From: Octopus sinensis | Lineage: Eukaryota | Length of the DNA stretch: 64,000 nucleotides | Direction of reading: 5' to 3' | NCBI RefSeq assembly: GCF_006345805.1 | Contig: NC_043005.1 | Span: 20,026,001 to 20,090,000 of the forward strand | Part shown: positions 40,549 through 54,235 of the stretch, in pieces | How the letters are laid out: the number at the start of each line of letters is the position of its first letter | How positions within the stretch are numbered: the stretch's first letter is position 1 | Notes under the pieces: model-generated | What the model was told of the DNA's origin: nothing | The model's input: the letters and a program-made list of their open reading frames with translations, nothing else | The model's database searches: none | Translations under genes and position numbers: made by a program

Positions 40549-41924
40549 GTACTGTTTTCTTTTTTCTTTAACAGTAAGGCTTTGTGTGTATGAGAGAGGG
40601 TACCACTGAGTACATAGTTATGAAAACAAAATACGTAATAAAAAAAAAGCACCACAAATTGTGTAACATATATTATGCATGGCAGGTATGCATAGCTTAG
40701 AGAATATTAGAACAGGTAATATTTTCAAATCTCATGGCATCTACTTCCTTTTCAACTAGGTGAGACATTGTAGAAATAAATGTTCTTCACAAATATACAA
40801 TGATGTTTGTAATGTATTTCATGTTAAAAACCTATAAACTTTAGACTACAATATCATATTTACTTTGCTATTTTATTTCTACAGTATACAAGGTGATAAA
40901 GAGAGAAGAAATACATCCCACCCACCAGATAGCATATGAATCTAGTGTTATCTTTTATTCATAGCTTTTGGTTAGATTTGTTGTCAGTGTAAGAAAATAA
41001 ATGAAACAAAAATTTAATCTCCTATGTTCTTCTTGCTCTGTTGAATCATCTTCTTGTGATATTTGTCTCCTCAATCAATCTTTTCTGCCACCAGAACTTT
41101 AACCACTGCTTTTCAGAACTGGCTGGCCACCTCTATCCGGGTACTCCTGATTCACTTGTCTCATCACCCTTGTTGCATCCAACCCAACCAGGCCTGCACT
41201 AATCACTACACTGAGTCCTTCTTTCTCTAAATATCATCCTTCTGGAACTCTTTCTTTGCTCACATCTCCCCATGAGTGCCAACAGGCAACATAGTTGTAG
41301 TAAAACATTAACAGTATTAATCCCACTGATTTCAGAAGGTCTACACAGGCCATGGATATTGCTTCTTCCTCCAGACCCAGCAAATCAAATAAAAATAACA
41401 ATAAATAAAAGTAAAAATAAAGAGACAGCAGTATTGATTGTTGCTGTAGTTATTTTGAATAGTTTTGTAGAGTTGAAGTGTTTGATTGAGACAGTTGACA
41501 TCTCTCACGTACGATGTCTTCATACTCAGACAGAAAAGGAGAAACAAACCCTACAACATGAAGCTGCATTTGAAGGAATGCCAGAGGGAGGGATTAATAA
41601 GTTTATTGCCAAGGATATGATATAAATGAATAATGCAAACACTCAGTATTCAACAGTGAATCAACAGTGTTGGCAATGAATAAGGACCAATTTGAGGAGA
41701 TAACTGAAATCATGAGACACATATAGGTTTGCACATGTGTGTGTGTGTGTGTGTGCATGCATGTGTACATGTGTATGTGCATGTGTGTGAAGCTATGTCA
41801 GTAGTTGTTGTTTGGTGCCAGATAAGTCCTGATGAATGTCATGTGCATCCCATCTTCTTTCAGGCTTAATGTATCTCAAACTACTTATCCAATGGTTCTT
41901 CCTCTTACAATAAAAATAATAATA

Positions 41925-41991
<67 letters not shown>

Positions 41992-42576
41992 CTTATTGTA
42001 TACAGTGATCAGGTGCACTACAATTTGTCAGAAAAAGATTAAAAGAGGTGACAGAAAGTAACCTTAAATCAAGTAAAGAAAGACAACAATGAAAGCTAAA
42101 AGTTGCACATTACACGGAATAAAACACAAAAAGGACTGAAAAGTGAACAGGAAAACAGTTACAAAGAGGTAAAGATACTCTAACAATACTGCTGCTCCAC
42201 TAATCCACCATCCTTGACACATTTCACACAATAGTATACTTAATGTGTTAGTGGCCTAGTGGATTACAATTCTTAAATATAGAAATGAATGTCCCTTGTT
42301 CAAATTTAGTCTGGTACTGTGTAAATATTCTAGGAATAAAATACCTGAAGATGATCTGAGAGCAAACTAATCAAAATGTAGTCTTGTAATCATCATCATC
42401 AATTTATGCGTACTTCTCATGATAGTATGGGTTAGACAAGCAATTGCAGTCCACACTAATTCTTCATTGGGTCTGCTCTCATAGACTGGTAGTCATACAT
42501 TTCATTTTCTATGACTAGATGCCTTACCTATCACTAGCCATTTTACAGATTGTGCTGACAACATTTTTTATTCATG

Positions 42577-42610
<34 letters not shown>

Positions 42611-44009
42611 ATATATTTTGCACAAGCACTTGTGCATCATATCCTCAGTAAAATAAGATTAAGATCTCCACTTAACCCTATACTTTCTCTGCTTGTTTGC
42701 CAACCACTTTATAGTGCAAGCCAAATGTTTTGTTTTTTGTTTTGTTTTTTTGGTACCACAAAATGTAGATACTAAGATAATTTTTCATATCAAATGATGA
42801 GGTTAATAGTTTGAAACTTTATAACTGTATTAACAATAACTCATCTCAGAGATTTAAGTATTTAATCCCTCTTCTTTCTATCCTCTTTCTCTAACAATCT
42901 TTCTTTTCCTCCTTCTCTCTGCCAATTTCTCAATCTCCATCTCTTTCTCTCTCTCTCTCTTTCTCAAATGGTTCTGTGAATGGTAGAGTGATTGAGAGTG
43001 ACAAGATCTACAAAAGTTATTTCATATAGTATAAGCTATGCTCCTTACCAAACTGAGTTCAAATCATACTGAAGTCATCTATACAGTTCATTCTTTTGGG
43101 ACTACTCAAACAGTTACAGTTGAGTGCTGGTGAATTTAATAGAGCATGACATCCTCTCAAATGTGTCATTTGAGTCATGTTTCTTTACTTTCCAAGTACA
43201 AATCCCACCAAGATCACCTTTGTGTATCATCCTTTCAAGGTCAATAAGACCAAAATACCAGTCAGATACTCTGTAAATAACATCTAAAATTTGAGGCCTT
43301 CTGCCTATGTTATTTTCATATAAGTTTCTATCAGAGATGGCTCAAAAAGTCATTACATATAGCAAACCACTTCAGCTGATAAACATCAGCTTTTTGTTTC
43401 TTCAATGAGGACTTCAAAAAGAAAGCAATAAAGAGCTGGTGCAACAAAGTTATGTAATTCAAGGCATTATTGAAATAGTTTCCATCTCTGTGGAGATGCT
43501 CGATAAGCCATTATGCAGTAAACCACTTCAACTAATCAACATCATTTTGTGTCTGGAGAGTTTATATTGCTTACATTGCTGATTATATTTAAATCTTTTT
43601 TTCTTCCTTAAAACATGTCACAATTATTCTGTTTCTCTTTTGTTTGTTTTTTTGTTTTGTTTTTTTTTTTTCTGTTTTTATTTAATCATTTTTATATTTC
43701 CCCAACTGTTTTGTGTACTACATCTAACTGACATTAACCAATTCACACCAGCAAGGAGTACCAGCAATTCAGTATTAGATTTCTACATGTTCTTGCTATT
43801 TCATTTCATTTTATTTATATTTATTTATTTTCAATTACTGAACAAGGCCACTTTCTGCTTCTGTTGGCATCTATCACAAGAGCTCAACTACTTACTATAA
43901 AATAATTATCACAATAAACTTGTTTATGTGTAGTTGTTGTTGGGAGTTGTTGTTAATGCTGCTATCGTTGTTTTTATTTTTATTGTATTGTTGATTACTT
44001 TATTCTCAG

Positions 44010-44049
44010 GATAGAGCGGTTGTTGACACTCTGCAAGGCCCACTATAAA
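44010..44049 (+). CDS. Candidate internal exon ((R)IERLLTLCKAHYK)
   Basis: Long T-rich tract ending ttattctcag, aaa|gtattg donor, phase 2-0. Completes the AG|G Arg codon with 28621-28674. Confidence 0.4.
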
Positions 44050-44487
44050 GTATTGTATTCATGTTTAAGATAGCATGTTCTCCTTTGTTCATTGGCATAT
44101 TTTAAACTCTTTCCAGAATGACATGTTTGGAATAAGTCACTTTCTTTCTTTCTCACATCCTACATCACATACACAAAGCATTTTTAGCATTCATACCTTC
44201 TCAAGATCCCCTCCTTGCCCACAATTTTTTTATCTAATAATCATCTTTAATCCTATCAGCTTGGGAGGGCCTGATAAAGTCCTCTCCTTACTCACTCCTC
44301 CTAACATATAAGAAATCTGAAATGCAGTTACTGTAAAGCTAAGGCACTGGAGTACTCACCATATGGTTAACTGGGGTAAATTGAAACATATCTTAAAGCA
44401 AAGTATAGTACAGAGATAATTATTTCTCGAAGTCTACAATATTTGATACTGAAGCTAGTTTGTGTGTGTGTGTGTGTGTTGTGAATA

Positions 44488-44593
44488 TTATTAAAAGCTG
44501 AAGCTTCTTGAATATCATCATAACTTTGAGTTTCACAATTCTGTTCAAATGTAAAACTCAGTGTTACAATGCAAGAATTTCAGCTTTTAATAA
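44488..44593. repeat. Imperfect foldback
   Basis: ttattaaaagctgaa / ttcagcttttaataa outer stem; tgagttt / aaactca inner stem. Confidence 0.7.
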
Positions 44594-44788
44594 AATATGT
44601 ATACTCTGCTTCATGTATTGAGTACTTTTGTTCCCTTGTTTGCAAGCACAATCATTCACCAATCCATTTATAATATTTTTCTATGCATTACTACATTACT
44701 GTCTATTTTGTCCATGTGAAGGGTAGTAATAACACGAATGGATGACTATATGCGTATATATAAATATATGTGTATATATATGTATATA

Positions 44789-44836
<48 letters not shown>

Positions 44837-45094
44837 ATATATATTATATATATATATTATATATTCCAATTATTTTTATTTTATTTTAATTTTATTTTTA
44901 TTGTATTCTACTTTCCATTATTCTCATTTTCATTTTCATCCCTTACCTTAACTCTTATAATTTTTATAATTCTATACTTCATTTCTAACTATTACATTGT
45001 ATTTCTTATTTTATACTGTATTTTTTATTTCTAATCTTACCCTTACCCTCATTCTTACCCCTAACTTATCGATTTACACCTCTATATATGTTTA

Positions 45095-45610
45095 TTTACT
45101 TACATGGATCCACCTTTGAAATACGAGCGTCCGCGTACGTGTGTATACGCATACATACATATGCACGCGCATATATGTACATGCATACTTCGATATCTTA
45201 TAGCTATACCCATGTGCGCGTGTGTCTCTGTGTGTGTATATGAGTGTATATGTGCACGCACATACGGACACAAGCCGTGTGTGCGTGCGCGTATTGACAT
45301 GAGTACGGGATTCTTTACATACGTTCTTATACACATCCTTTAATATCTTATACCTGACCTAGAGGCGTGGGCATATACGTGTGTGTATTGTAGTGATGGG
45401 CGCGCGTATATACATGTGAGCGTGTACGCGCGTAATGTCCGTGTATTATGCGGATATTCTGTTGTATGTATGTGTGTGACGCGCGTGCGTGTGGGTGCAT
45501 GTGTGTTTATGTACGTGTTTACACGCGTGTGCGTGTGTATGCTTATAGGCTTGGAGGCGTATATGTACGCGTGTATGTGGTGTATATATCCATGATGATA
45601 TGTATGTACA
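45095..45610. repeat. CpG-rich compound purine-pyrimidine microsatellite
   Basis: Dense cg, cgcg and gcgcgtgcgt runs, unlike the CpG-poor TA/TG arrays elsewhere. Confidence 0.75.
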
Positions 45611-46157
45611 GAAGTCATTTAATTCAAGGAACCAGATTAAATGCTCATCAGCGCTGATTTACAATGCATTAAGTCCCCAGACGAAACTGTTGAGTTACTG
45701 ACAATTCTACACTAAATTTTATCAATCTCCTGACCACCATGCTTGGTCCATAACCTCTATACATCCTTATCTTTACATTCTTTTACACTTTTATCATGTT
45801 TTTATCAGGTTTTTTTACTTTTATTTCTATTTCTATTTTTACTTTATATTTCTTTTAACCCCTTTACATCTACTTACAACCCTTTATCCTCTACATTTTT
45901 ATATTATTCTATACTTACACTTTTTATAAATTTTTATCCCTCGTCCCGAACTCTCGCCCCTCCATCTTCACCTCTATATATGTATTTATTTATTTACATT
46001 ACCTCAACATCCAATTTTGCTCATTCTACATTGAGAGAAGAAAGAGATGGACGCTTCAACTCTATGCTGCTGCCGCATTATGTCGTACGTGAATGAGAGG
46101 ATTTGCATCCCCAACCAAGAATTTGATGTAACACATGTCCTTGTGGAAGCTGTTGTG

Positions 46158-46239
46158 CGCCGGCTGAAGAAGGCCACAGACATACATTATGCATTGTTAT
46201 AAATGTGTCTAATAAAGGCCCGAAACATATGTACCGCTG
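46158..46239 (+). ncRNA. Type I hammerhead ribozyme motif with palindromic stem III
   Basis: cgg-CTGAAGA(46164-70)-a-GGCC..GGCC-c-GAAAC(46222-26)-ATAT-GTA(46231-33)-ccg. Stem III is the palindrome ACATATGT. Confidence 0.7.
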
Positions 46240-46973
46240 AATCCTTCGCATCATGTTTTTATTTTATTTTGATCAATTTACTCCACCACCTACACCACCA
46301 AACGGTATACACAGGTGCTTATAATTATCAAGTACTCACCCCGAATTTCTATACTCAACTATATATATATATATATATATTATATATACATACATACATA
46401 TATATATCGAGAGAGAGAGAGAGAGAGAGAGAGAAAGAAAGGAGTCGGAGGAGGAGGAGGTCTCTATTATTCTGCATTTGTGTGTTCAAATCATGGGGAC
46501 AGTCAAAGTGTTTAACATAGGAAAAGAATATCATGAAGATTTAGAAATTTATGCATTAAAAGATATACCAATAGATAGTCAAATTAAAGTGAATTAGCTG
46601 TGGATGTTACACATTTATATTTTACATGTTTCAGACCAAAGGCTGTAGCCATGCTGGGGCACCGCCATTATTCATTTGTTGGGGCACTTTTTTGTGATTT
46701 TTTTCTTCAATTTTTTGTTATTTGGCTTGAATGCTTATTGGTATTATGAGAGAAGGGAATGCAGACATGATAGTTAATTTGCTAGCTAGATACATACATC
46801 CATAGGTGAGTCTACAGATATATTAACTGATATGCAGATTTGAGAGCTATATTAATAGATATACAAGTAGATATGTTACTGAACAGAACTGAAATAAAAA
46901 GAAATTAAAATAATCTCAATTGGTATATAACTTTGATTGAGCTTTGATGATGGCTGGACAATGAAAGATGTAA

Positions 46974-47021
<48 letters not shown>

Positions 47022-47039
47022 AATGGATGAATGAATTAT

Positions 47040-47254
47040 CCTTTGTTTACAGTTAACATGGAAAATTCAATAAACAGTTACCAGGGTAGCAAAATTCACG
47101 CAAGTAACAAGGATGTAGCGACCTATTCAAAGGTAGAAACTCCGGGTTAATGTGCAGTAATTGTATAGTATAAGTAAATAAATGGAATTGAACACAGATG
47201 TTATTCAAATTCTTTGAATTTGAATAACATCTACGTGCAACTCCATTTATTTAC
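47040..47254 (+). repeat. Probable PLE-type terminal remnant ending in a hairpin (47174-47254)
   Basis: Perfect 17-bp stem agatgttattcaaattc-ttt-gaatttgaataacatct, with an outer stem gtaaataaatgga / tccatttatttac. Confidence 0.6.
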
Positions 47255-47263
47255 ATATATATA

Positions 47264-47315
<52 letters not shown>

Positions 47316-47724
47316 TTTCAAATAAATATGAATATACAAACAAATTTAATCATTTTGATCCATTTTTTGTTTCCTTAAACTATAAAGTATTTCATATTTG
47401 TCAAACATATTAAAAGAAGGAAAATAAACAATACCTTCTAAGATCATTTCAATTATATTCAAAAGTAATTTTGATTAAATGGCAGGATTTCAAAAGAATT
47501 TTTTTGATATTGCTTGTTTGTGTTTAATATAATAACATAATGTTTTCAAATATGCTGCCTTACACTGTGGAATCTCCACAGGTCCTACTAGTATATATCT
47601 AATCATAGAAAAGCATTGTAGCTTGCTTGAAGCATTGTGATAAAGAAATATGACAAAATGGGGAAAACAGAGAGCTTCTTACAATGTGAAATAGAAACAG
47701 TTTAATAACTTTTATATATTTCAG

Positions 47725-47772
47725 GCACAAAGGTCCATCATCAACACTAAACAGTCAAGAAATGTTCATCTG
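47725..47772 (+). CDS. Candidate internal exon (AQRSIINTKQSRNVHL)
   Basis: ttttatatatttcag acceptor, ctg|gttatt donor, phase 0-0. Confidence 0.25.
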
Positions 47773-50047
47773 GTTATTAAACTTTCCTTTTTATGCATTG
47801 AAACAAGCTCTCCATCTTTGCTATTTTGCATCTAACCTTAATTTCAAATTTACTCCAAATTCTGTTACTTATTTTTCTTTCAATCTTTAAAAATTCCAGT
47901 TTCCAAATTACCATTTCCTGCATGTGGACACACACACACACACACTCAATTTCAACTACATAAATTCAAACACTATTGGCCTAGTACATCCCAAAGAAAT
48001 TATTTCAAATCTGATTTCAAAGAAAGACATTTAGAAGTTATTTCCAATTTCTTGCACATCTGCCTCATCAATAATCTCACACACACACCAAAAGAAACAA
48101 GGTTGGACTATCAAAAAAAAATCTGTTTTTTTAGCTGACACTGTCTTTCTGAGCTCTCATTTCAAAGAAATAAAATACTAAATAGTATAAAGTACAGTAG
48201 GTTAAAACAACATAGAAAAATTGTCTTCAAATTTTGGCACAAGGCCAACAATTTGTGGGGGAGGAGGTAATCGATTGTATAGACCCCAGTGCTTAACTGG
48301 CATTTATTTTACTGACCCCCACCACCACCACCAAAAAAAAATAGGATGAAGGGCAGGGCCAACCTTGGCCAAATTTGAACTCAGAATATAAAGTTGGACA
48401 AAATGTCACTAAGCATTTTGTCTGGCAAGCTGACAATTCTGATAGCTTGCTACTTGCAATGTAGAAAGAAAAATTAGAAATATTTTCATAGAAATATTAA
48501 AGTATAATATTAGTACAAGGCCATATATTTGAGGGGAAAGGTAATGCCTATGTTTGATGCTATTACACTATTTTTTAGCCCTCATGTCTCTTTTTGTTAT
48601 TGTGTAATTCAAACCATCCCCAGCTCATGCACTAATCACTATATCCAGTCCTTATCTACAAGTGTTGTTGTCTTACAAAGGTTCAAGTGAAGTATTAGTG
48701 ACATCAATCTCATAGACTATCACACTATGGTATCTACTTCTTCCTGCAGACCTAACAAGTTAAAAAGGAAAAAAAAATCAAAATATGTGAAAATCCAATG
48801 TCAGGTCGTATAGATCTGGCCATGTTTGAGTAATAAAATGTTGCCTAATGGAATTGAAAATCTTCATGGATAATAAGTTGAATGACTTGCCAATATATCT
48901 CAATGAAAAAAAAAGACAACTTATTAATTATTATTATTTTATAAGACAACAACTGTGTACACATAGCCTAGACTGGGTGGAGTAAAATAGCTCTGCATTG
49001 TTGTCCAGACATGATTCTGTTTTATTTTAATATGGGCAATTGAAGAACATCAAAAGGATTTGGAAAATATCACAGGATTATAATGCTGATATGCAACAAT
49101 GGAAAAGTACTTTTGACTGACTGTAACAAAAATATACTGTAAAGAAAAAAATTCTCTTTTATGTAATCTATAAATGTGTAACATATCCACAATATCTTAT
49201 TATTGACAGTATTTTCGAATTTCGTAATGCATTGCTTATGAGAATTCTGTTAATTGCTTTGTAATTTCAATCATTAAGGTTATGCAATTAAATGGAATTG
49301 AGTGTGTGTATATGTGTGCATGTATGTAATATCCTCAACATTTTATGTTCTCCTAATTTTGAGGCAATGTTTATAACTGTATACCTTTTTAACTGCTTCT
49401 GGCAACTGACAGGGATATAATGCACCCTTTCCAAGACAGGGATACACATGTCTATGTGTATTTGATACATGACATATGACTTGATCATATCTGTTTAGCT
49501 GGTATCTGTGAAAGATAGCTTTATAGCTCAGTGCTGTGCTAGAAACAACAGATGAAATGACCATTCTCTCAGCTTACTTATATATTTCCTGCTTCTCTGA
49601 TAACTCAACTATTTTCAGGTGTTCTAACACTTTTACAACTGATCGTACCAATACTAAAATGAATACATAAATAAGAGCAAACATTGATAATTAAGATTTA
49701 TATTCAAGAAGCCAGTAACCCTCATCAAATGTTGAGAATTCAAGAAATATTTGGAACTTTAGATGAAGAAAACAGTAAGACTGAATTCATCCTGAAGTTG
49801 AGAGAGAAGAGAGTTGGGCTGGAGAAAGTCAATGAAAACTATTCTAATTGAGCGTTGCTTGGTATTTGACCTTTTGCAACATGTCTTTGAGTTCCATCTA
49901 ATGTCAGCAGTGCTACCTTCTTGAAATGCTACTACTTTGCAAACATAGCAAACATCTTTTTGTTTTCAAAATGTCAACCTTGAACTTTCTCCATACCATA
50001 ACTCTCATCAATAGTTTTATCATCTTTGTAGCTGTTTAAGGGATTTA

Positions 50048-50089
<42 letters not shown>

Positions 50090-50453
50090 CAAACACACAT
50101 GTATGTATATATGTATACATATTCAAAACACACACACACACACACACAATGTTGTATAAGGTGTTTGTGTGAACATTGTAAACTTACATGCATGTGTATA
50201 TACATGTATACAACCTCAGCTTCAAACAATAAATATATTTGCTTTTTATTTGTAGCTGAGTTCATGTATATATATGTACACATATATACTTGTGTGTATG
50301 TGTGTGTGTACAAAAAAGCACTCACATGCACATATAAACATGTATACACACATTTATATGTATATTTGTAAATAGGTGAATGTTTGTGTATGCATATGTA
50401 TGTTTAGTGCACATCCTTACACATACATACACACACATATATATGAGCTCAGG

Positions 50454-50489
<36 letters not shown>

Positions 50490-51059
50490 AGTAACGATAT
50501 GTGTGTTTTACCTATGATACAACAAAGTACTCAAACCACATTTGTAGGAAAGTGAGTAGAGCCTGGTATGTTGGGTGGAGAGACAACTAAAATACCAAGC
50601 TGCACATGAGGCTTCTCACTCCCTAACATTGATACTCCACTAATGTTTAAGGTCTGTGTTTTAGATATGGATATACATACTTTTATGTCTTGATGGAGTT
50701 GCTGCATATTTTGGGGGAGGCTCCCCAATTTGCTTCCCATGGCTTTCTATTACAATTCCAGTCATGTCTAGGACGTTTTATAGGAATGTAAAACTGACTA
50801 TGATACTTCTGGTTCTTTATTTTAGCAACTCTCAAAGGATGAAATGCAACAGTGGTTTCAGTAGAATTTGAACTCAAAATGTAAGATAATGTTCTGCAAC
50901 TCATTTTCCTGTCTCTCTCACTCTATGAAGTGTACAAACCAATAACACAATAACATTGATAATAATTGTGAAAGACACAAGGCCAGTGGTTTGAAGGAAG
51001 ATGCAGGACCTACTATTTGATTGGTACTTTATTTTATCAACTTCAGAGGAGTGAAAGGC

Positions 51060-51250
51060 AAAATTACCGCGCCGGACAAAATTCTTAGTGGCATTTCGTC
51101 CGTCTTTACATTTTAAGTTCAATTTCAGCCGAGGTCGATTTTACCTTTCATTCTTTCGGGGTCTATAAAATAAGTGCCAATCAAATGCTGAGGTAGATGC
51201 AATCAAATAACCTTCCACCGAAATTAAGCACCTTGTGCCAAAATTAGAAA
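51060..51250 (+). mobile_element. SINE (Meta-like family), partial
   Basis: aagttcaatttcagccgaggtcgattttacctttcattctttcggggtc. Confidence 0.7.
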
Positions 51251-51614
51251 CAATTATTTAAAGTGGTTTTTCTTTTTTATGACAGTTGAGTATGATATGA
51301 GAAAATTAAATTATTGCTATATCTAGAAGATTAACCAATCTTGTGGGTAGTCACACACGAAATATTTTGTGTAGTGTGACATTTGAAAATGAAATTGAAA
51401 TAAGGTAGAGTTAGAAATCATAATCTATATGGCTTGGCAGAGCAAGATCTATATAATTGCATTCAACCAAGGCTGATTTTGCCCTTCGTTCTTTGGGGTT
51501 TGATGAAATCGGTATCAGTTGAACAAAGGGGTTACTGTAATCAACTAGCCCCCTCTCCCAAAGTTTTAGGCCTTGTGTCTATAATAGAAAGGATCATTAT
51601 TATTATTATTATTA

Positions 51615-51663
<49 letters not shown>

Positions 51664-51682
51664 CATTATCATCATCATCATC

Positions 51683-51925
51683 TCTTTATCACAGGTTTTA
51701 TTGGAGCTCCTCGAGTCTTGCATGCATAGCAGACTTACTACCTGCAGCCCACGGTACAATGCTATTCCTTCTTTTCAGCTATCTAATACTTTCCTGATTA
51801 TTCTGGCCGTGCCAAGGAGGCAAACCTTTTGTAACAGTTCTACTGGGCACTCTATTCCAGTTTCCATGATATTTCTCTTGATGCCTTCTGATACTGTTCT
51901 CAAAGACCCAACAATAATTGGCACT
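51683..51925 (-). mobile_element. R4/Dong-type LINE extreme 3' end embedded in trinucleotide microsatellites
   Basis: IVPIIVGSLRTV..ELLQKVCLLGTARIIRKVLDS* plus a short UTR. (ATT/ATC)n and (GTC/ATC/ATT)n lie on either side. Confidence 0.8.
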
Positions 51926-52114
51926 ATCATCGTCGTCATCGTCGTCGTCGTCGTCATCATCATTATTATTATTATTGAGTGAGAGAGCAGTGCATGCTAA
52001 AATATATGAAGCCTAGTATACCCATCATGACTACCCATCTGATAAGAGTACACCGGGTACATGCATTACATGCCTTTCACTCCTCTGAAGTTGATAAAAT
52101 AAAGTACCAATCAA

Positions 52115-52745
52115 ATATTTTATTCAGGAAGTCTTCCATGCATTTGAAAGAGTTCATATCTTGGATCTTTTAGTGCTATCTGTTTCTGTGACATCTGCTA
52201 TGTTGAAAGTTCAGTTTTCTCTATCAGCCTGCCTGTGATCTTATGCACCCTTTGTTTAAACTAGGTGCAGTATATGAAATTCTTATGTACACCTCTACTT
52301 TTCAGTCATGGTTACTTTCTTAATGGTTACAGAGTCCTGTCTTCTTTCCTGCTCACTAAATATATTTCTTTGCTAGGTTTACTATAAGGCCCCTCTAGGC
52401 TTTGCTTTCATGTTTAAAATTTCTTCACTAATTCTTCAACAAATTCTTCATTTAAAACTAAATCATTGCTAGTCTTGACTCCTCTGTTATGGCCTGGAGA
52501 ACTCTAACAAATAGTAAGAGGGTGAGAAGTAAGCTTTGATGAACATCTACATGTATGATTAATTTCTCTGAACTCAAAGTCAACTCTTGCTTTGCTGCGA
52601 GCATATCTGTTCACAACTTGCACAGCTCTCACAGGCTATTATTTACACTTAGTTTTATTGTGACCAGCATACTTCAAAGTATGATACCCTGTCGAATGTT
52701 GTCGTCTGGTCAACGAATGCAAGGTACAGTGGCTTACTCTTAGCT
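52115..52745 (-). mobile_element. Decayed RTE reverse transcriptase core
   Basis: Minus strand LAFVDQTTTFDRV and VDVHQS..LLF..VLQAITEE, matching RTE LAFVDLEKAFDRV / GVHQGSVLSPLLF. Confidence 0.65.
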
Positions 52746-53345
52746 AAGAACTTATGATTCAAGTGTTTCATCAAGGAGGGAACATTAGTGGTACTTCATT
52801 CCTACATAAATCCAACTGCCAAACTGCAACAGGATTTGTGTCACAAAAGTCACACAGGGGTGCATGTGTGTGTGCGTGTGCATGTGCACATGTGTTTGTG
52901 TATGTACATGTGTGTGTATTTCTGTTTAGAAACTTCAGACATACAATATACCTTGTTTATGCAACTGCTATAATCTTACCTAAGTGTATCTTCAACAAGC
53001 TTATAAAACCTGCCACTTTCACATTTAGATATTGTTAACTTCAGTTTAGAATATTGCTCTTTAATCGCTATAATTACTTAGCTGTATTACTTAACTAATT
53101 GTGTTGACTGGATATATTTCTCACGATGTATAAACATTATGCAACCTATCAGGCATTTCATATAAATATTTATACAGTTTACATTATATATATGCATATA
53201 GTTGATATTTGGAGTAACAAATAAGGAAAAGCATACTCAATACCTGTAGCAGTGTTCTTTTTTTTTCTATTTGTATAAAGTAGATGACTCATGCAAAACT
53301 TTGAGTAGTTACCAAGTGAATTGTCAAACTGATATACACACATGT

Positions 53346-53516
53346 AGGCTTAGGAGTGGCTGTGTGGTAAGTAGCTTGCTTACCAACCACATGGTTCCAA
53401 TTCAGTCACACTGCGTGGCACCTTGGGCAAGTGTCTTCTACTAAAGCCTCAGGTCAACCAAAGCCTTGTGAGTGGATTTAGTAGACGGAAACTGAAAGAA
53501 GCCCGTCGTATATATG

Positions 53517-53547
<31 letters not shown>

Positions 53548-53750
53548 CTGTGTTTGTCCCCCAACATCACTTGACAACCGATGCTGGTGTGTTTATGTCC
53601 CCATAACTTAGTGGTTCAGCAAAAAGACCAATAGAATGAGTACTAGGCTTACAAAGAATAAGTCCTGGGGTCGATTTGCTCGACAAAAAGGCGGTGCTCC
53701 AGCATGGCCACAGTAAAATGACTGAAACAAGTAAAAGAGTAAAGAGAGTA
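53346..53750 (+). mobile_element. Full-length tRNA-derived SINE (CORE-like)
   Basis: Collinear with 14945-15372. Confidence 0.9.
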
Positions 53751-54001
53751 CACACACACACACACATGTATATACATATTCATTTCTTCTTCAACTAGTT
53801 TCACTCATTAGACTTGGAAACTACTTTCAAGGGTCTTAGTAAAATAAGTATATTTCACTCTGGTACTTACTTATTTTATTAATATCTCTTTGTCAAACCA
53901 CTAAACTACAAGACACATTTCTTCTTCATCACACCATCCATATTGTTTCTATTCAATAACCTTACAACTGTTTATGTATCTGCCTCATTCTCTCTCTTTC
54001 T

Positions 54002-54049
<48 letters not shown>

Positions 54050-54171
54050 TCCCTTCTCACTCTGACTCTCTTCCCATTTCATTGTGTAAAGAATGAAACG
54101 ATCAAATCACTGAATACAACACAGGGAGACAATGTAGAGTAGTGAGCCTTTAGTCTTACTGGTGATGCAAC

Positions 54172-54235
<64 letters not shown>

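Noticed and set aside
45645-45705. Second hammerhead-like string (ctgattt..gaaac..gtt)
   Set aside because: The core is CUGAUUU and stems I and II do not pair convincingly.
49709-49774. Possible exon ending at a|gtaaga (EASNPHQMLRIQEIFGTLDEEN)
   Set aside because: Poor polypyrimidine tract and phase incompatible with the preceding candidate exon.
52670-52725. Apparent CpG-containing exon (HTSKYDTLSNVVVWSTNAR)
   Set aside because: It is the antisense of the RTE motif LAFVD..FDRV.
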